DNA from: an uncultured Anaerolineales bacterium
Lineage (GTDB): Bacteria; Chloroflexota; Anaerolineae; Anaerolineales; RBG-16-64-43
Reading direction: 5' to 3'
Length of the DNA: 64,000 nt
Assembly (NCBI GenBank): GCA_964353865.1
Contig: CAYGXJ010000120.1
Location: forward strand, 10,112-74,111
Notes under the pieces: model-generated
Told to the model about the DNA's origin: nothing
The model's input: the letters and a program-made list of their open reading frames with translations, nothing else
Databases searched by the model: none
Shown here: in pieces, positions 60,296 through 64,000 of the stretch
Position numbering within the stretch: position 1 is the stretch's first letter
Layout of the letters: each line of letters begins with the position of its first letter
Program-made: the position numbers and the translations under genes

Positions 60296-62433
60296 GCGCC
60301 TGCGGCCTCGTGCGCGGCCGGCGGCCAGCCGCTGATCCGCTTCAGCCCTCCGCGCAATAACCCCTGCTCGTGTTCCGAAAGGACCTGCAGGCGCAGGGTC
60401 AGCGTTTCCGCCTTGCCGGGCCCGAGGTTGAATTCGAAACGTTGAGCCACCTCGACCGCCAGAAGGCCGGGCGTGAAGGCGGGCGGCTCAGACGAGGCGC
60501 GCGAGGCGCGTGATAGGATTGCCGTTCCGCTCAGTATGTTGTGTACGCCAGGCTGTGGGCCGCCGGCCACGACCGGCGCGAGCGTATCGGGCGAGGCAGC
60601 CAGCAAGCGTTGCCCGTCGGGCGCAATCTCCGATACGATCTCCAGCCGCACGCGGCGCGGCTCATGGTGCGCGTTGTGAAAGCGGTAGTTGACGCGCAAC
60701 CCGTCGGGGGTCAGGCGCACGTTTTTGGTCATCGCCAACCGGTAGCCGAAGAACCGCAAGAAGGTTACCCCCCCCTCTTCCAATCGGAAATCGAGTTCTG
60801 GATCGGCGGGCAGCACCGGTTCATCCTCGAGTCGCACAAAGTCGTTCAGCGCGCGGCGGCGAACCGGGCGCCCAACCTGCAGCGGCGCTCCGGTAGCCAA
60901 CGGCCAGTAAGGAAGAACCGAGCCGAGTTCCGCGGTGAGCCCGTCGGGCAAGAATGTCCCGCGCCGGCCGAGGGCGGCCTCCTCCTGAGGCGGGGGTTGG
61001 TCCCACGGAGGCAGCGCGCTCCAGGCAGGCAGGGAAGCAACCCCCTGCATGAGCGTCACGTCGGTGCGATAGCGGCCCTCGGGCACCGCCCACGGGTTGC
61101 CCACGTGCTGCGCCCCGTTCACCAGATCGAACCAGTACACGACCCGCCCGCCGAAATGGCTGAGCACGATCAGGTGGCGGTGATCCTCAAGCAAGATCTC
61201 ATCCTCACCGTCGCCCGTGACGTCTTCAATCGAGGCGCGCGCCGGCGCGCCCGGCTGGCGCTGCCCCTCCGCAATCTCCGCCGCGCGAGCCAGAGCGAAG
61301 GTCGCGGCCACGCCTTCCCACTCCGGACGCCCCCGCCCACCCTGCCCCGGTTGCCCGAAGCGATACTGATGCAGGCAGAACGTGCGAATGGCCGAACGGT
61401 ACAAGGCGGCGCAGGCCTCCGGAAGCGACTCGGGGGGTGGCGCCGCCCAGCCGGGATCGGCCCAGGCCGACCCGATTGCGGTCAGCCGGTTGCGAACGGC
61501 GTTGTGCAAGCGGCGAAAATGGATGACCGTCGGCGAGCGGCGCATGTAGTCGGGCCAGTCGGCGAACGGCTGCGCTTCGCCCGCCGGTTCGAGGGCCGCC
61601 GCGCGATCGAGTGTCGCGCCCCATCCCTCCGGCAACCCCTCGATGAAGAGCGCCGGCTCGGCGAGGTTCTCGAGCCCGACCAGCTCGACCTCGGCGCGCC
61701 GCTCGAGCTGCGCCAGGACCTGGTCCATGCCTTCCCAATCGGCGCGCGGATCAAGTCCCTTCTCATGCGCCCATACTCCGAACGCGTCGGCGTCCAGCGC
61801 GAGCAGTGGCAGCAGCTCGCTGGTGCGCGGCAAGGCGGCAAGTTCATCGAGCCCGCGCTCGAGCAGCTCCGGGCGGCGGTACCATGCCGCCGCACACAGG
61901 CGCGCAGCCATCGACTCCTCGGCCCACAGCAGGCCGAGCGCGTGGTCGCCCTGCCGCAGGCCATAGACAAGGGGCAGCGCGACGCCGGCCTGGCGCAGCA
62001 GGCGGCCCTCCACAATCATCGCTGCGTACCCGCCCGTCGCGAGAAGCGGCGCCATCTGGGGCGAGAAGGCGCCTCCGGGGTTGGCAAAGACCGTGGGCGC
62101 CGCGCCAAACTCCTCCAGCATCAGCGCCCGGTGCAGCGCGAGCTGCTGAGCGTTGTCCCATCCGTCGCAGGCAGACAGCAGGGTGCCGGCGTACGTGCTT
62201 CCCAGCACTGTGAATTGCCCGGCCCGGACCCCTGCCCGCAGGCTCTCCAGGGTTTCCGGGTCGAGCCAGTGCAGCGCGTGGAGAAGTGCCCCACCCAGGC
62301 TGAGGTTGAATTTGAGTTTGGGGTGGCGTTGCAACACCTCAACCAGGCCGCGGTAGCTCAGCCGGCTGGCTGTGCCCGCGCGCTCGGCCAAGGGTTGACT
62401 GAAGTGGAAGCACACCGCCAGGTGAAGTGTCAT
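60292..62433 (-). CDS. GH57/DUF1926-type 4-alpha-glucanotransferase homologue with degenerate catalytic motifs
   Basis: HFSQP, KFNLSLGG, DADAFGVW and EDVTGDGEDEILL...GGRV follow the GH57 AmyA/4-alpha-GTase layout, but the WLxE nucleophile motif reads FANPGG. Start is ATG 62433 or TTG 62478. TATAAT at 62498-62503. Confidence 0.68.
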   Translation of the reverse strand: MTLHLAVCFHFSQPLAERAGTASRLSYRGLVEVLQRHPKLKFNLSLGGALLHALHWLDPETLESLRAGVRAGQFTVLGSTYAGTLLSACDGWDNAQQLALHRALMLEEFGAAPTVFANPGGAFSPQMAPLLATGGYAAMIVEGRLLRQAGVALPLVYGLRQGDHALGLLWAEESMAARLCAAAWYRRPELLERGLDELAALPRTSELLPLLALDADAFGVWAHEKGLDPRADWEGMDQVLAQLERRAEVELVGLENLAEPALFIEGLPEGWGATLDRAAALEPAGEAQPFADWPDYMRRSPTVIHFRRLHNAVRNRLTAIGSAWADPGWAAPPPESLPEACAALYRSAIRTFCLHQYRFGQPGQGGRGRPEWEGVAATFALARAAEIAEGQRQPGAPARASIEDVTGDGEDEILLEDHRHLIVLSHFGGRVVYWFDLVNGAQHVGNPWAVPEGRYRTDVTLMQGVASLPAWSALPPWDQPPPQEEAALGRRGTFLPDGLTAELGSVLPYWPLATGAPLQVGRPVRRRALNDFVRLEDEPVLPADPELDFRLEEGGVTFLRFFGYRLAMTKNVRLTPDGLRVNYRFHNAHHEPRRVRLEIVSEIAPDGQRLLAASPDTLAPVVAGGPQPGVHNILSGTAILSRASRASSEPPAFTPGLLAVEVAQRFEFNLGPGKAETLTLRLQVLSEHEQGLLRGGLKRISGWPPAAHEAAGA

Positions 62434-62666
62434 TGCACGTGGAAAGCGGGAGACCGGAACAAAGTGGGGATCATGCAATCGCGGCCCGAGCGACGAGATT
62501 ATACCCGAGGGCTCAGGCGGGGCTCAGACCATGAGCCTCCGGCAACATTCTCAGTTGACTTGACACGGACCGAACGTCCTCTGCCTCGCTTCTGCGATCA
62601 TCCCCCCCAGTGGCCGGTGCGCCTCGCGGAAGGGTAGAATGGCCTCAGGTGGGACCGGGGCCCTCT

Positions 62667-63485
62667 ATGCAGACTCCAGCCGATACCTGGCACTTGATTA
62701 TGACCCAGCCTCTGCCGGGCGCATTGAACATGGCCATTGATGAGGCGCTGGTCGAGGCGGTTGAGGCAGGCACACACCCGCCGACATTGCGCCTGTACGC
62801 GTGGGCACCGGCTTGCCTATCGCTCGGCCATGCGCAGCCGGCGGCGGATGCAAACCCGGATGCGCTGCACCACCTGGGTTGGGATCTTGTGCGGCGAGCC
62901 ACCGGCGGCCGGGCGATTCTTCACACCGACGAATTGACCTACGCCGTCGTGGCTCCCGAAACCCATCCACTCATGGTGGGCGGCGTGCTGCCCAGTTACC
63001 GAAGCCTCAGCCGCGGGTTGGCGGCCGGGCTGCGCGCGCTCGGCGCACAGGTGGAGGTGGATACCGAATACCCCGCCGAACCCGCGCTCGGGCCGGTGTG
63101 TTTTGAGGTGCCCTCCAACTACGAGATCACCAGCGGAGGGCGGAAGCTGATGGGTAGCGCCCAATGGCGCCGGCGCGGGGTCGTCTTGCAGCATGGTTCG
63201 CTGCCGCTCACGGGCGATATCGCCCGCATCGCGCACGCCCTGCGGGTCACCCACGGCACGCCATCCGAGACCGAGGCCCGCGTCCGGGCCCGGGCCGTGA
63301 CGCTGAGCGAAGCCCTCGGCCGAGAGGTGGACTGGAGCGAGGCGGCGCGCGCGCTGGCCGATGGGTTCGCCGCGGCGCTCCCCATGCGTTTCGTCGAGGC
63401 CGGCCTGGGCGAGGCAGAACGCCGCCGGGCGGAGGCCCTGGCCGTGGAGAAGTACGCACACTCGGCTTGGACCTACCGGCTGTAG
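62667..63485 (+). CDS. Lipoate-protein ligase A / LipM-type octanoyltransferase family protein
   Basis: NMAIDEAL, LRLYAW, VRRATGGRAILH, YEITSGGRKLMGSAQ and LQHGS. Confidence 0.88.
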   Translation: MQTPADTWHLIMTQPLPGALNMAIDEALVEAVEAGTHPPTLRLYAWAPACLSLGHAQPAADANPDALHHLGWDLVRRATGGRAILHTDELTYAVVAPETHPLMVGGVLPSYRSLSRGLAAGLRALGAQVEVDTEYPAEPALGPVCFEVPSNYEITSGGRKLMGSAQWRRRGVVLQHGSLPLTGDIARIAHALRVTHGTPSETEARVRARAVTLSEALGREVDWSEAARALADGFAAALPMRFVEAGLGEAERRRAEALAVEKYAHSAWTYRL

Positions 63486-63707
63486 TTCATCAGCACGCGG
63501 CGCGTCTTCCGCCCAGCCGCGTTTGCCTCGCGCCGGAATCCAATCGCGCGTAACCAAAGTACACGCCCGCGAGTGGTCCCACGGCAGTGCGGACAGCACG
63601 CCTCAAGGGTTGATCGCATGCAGGCAGCATGAGCACGCCTGCGGTTATGGCCGAGTGAGATCAATCAGAGAGTTGACGAGCGTACGGGGCCGGTGCAGGC
63701 GCGCCGC

Positions 63708-64000
63708 TTACACTTCCTCGAACAGCACGGCCGCCGTGTCTTCCGCATCTCCGTCCTCGCCGGGCTCGACCGGGGGCAGCGCTTCGGCGGCACGCGCCGA
63801 CGCGCCGTGCGTGGAGGGAGCGAAATCATCGCCGCCTCCTGAGAGGACGAGCAGCACGCTGGCCACGGTCTTACCGGCGTTCCGCCAGCGGTGGGAAAGA
63901 TGCGCGGCGAAGAGCAGGCTGTCACCCGGGTCGAGCAAGAAGATCTCTTGCTCAACGATGTATTCGACTTGGCCGCGCAAGCAGAAGATGAACTCGTGAC
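63708..64000 (-). CDS. Cupin-domain protein, 3' part (probably XRE-family HTH-cupin regulator); runs off the window's right edge
   Basis: HEFIFCLRGQVEY...LDPGDSLLFAAHLSHRWRN cupin signature with an acidic tail. The N-terminus is not visible. Confidence 0.7.
   Translation of the reverse strand, partial: HEFIFCLRGQVEYIVEQEIFLLDPGDSLLFAAHLSHRWRNAGKTVASVLLVLSGGGDDFAPSTHGASARAAEALPPVEPGEDGDAEDTAAVLFEEV

Overview
High-GC bacterial chromosomal DNA, most consistent with Chloroflexota (Anaerolineae-like). This assignment is inferred from gene content and organisation, not from a marker-gene search. Contents from left to right: (1) a minus-strand complex I membrane-arm operon nuoA-H-J-K-L-M-M-N of the '2M' type, with no nuoBCDI or EFG in the cluster; (2) a small membrane ORF, a frameshifted HSL-family esterase and sppA; (3) an Ile T-box-led alaX-like/ileS unit followed by lspA-rluD-ltaE; (4) an uncharacterised, tightly coupled membrane operon at 19.0-27.1 kb built around a GlmL/MutL-type actin-like ATPase with no B12 mutase nearby, which is the best candidate for an undescribed system; (5) a GNAT, PFOR (nifJ) and a dihydroorotate-dehydrogenase-like flavoprotein lacking the catalytic Cys; (6) housekeeping and hypothetical genes (DUF389-SH3b, soluble P-type ATPase, YtxH, GT1, PGM/PMM, TatD, polyprenyl synthase); (7) a partner-switching module (STAS, RsbW-like, and a multi-GAF PP2C gene broken by four in-frame stops and one frameshift); (8) a glycogen operon using a GH57 branching enzyme; (9) a methyltransferase and an FG-GAP/DUF3160/CapA trio; (10) an LLM oxidoreductase, a GH13 amylase coupled to a catalytically degenerate GH57 protein, a lipoate ligase and a partial cupin gene. 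I recognised no rRNA, tRNA, CRISPR array, transposase or integrase. Family assignments come from motifs read by eye; no database searches were run. Many start codons were re-called from the ORF track using RBS and overlap logic.
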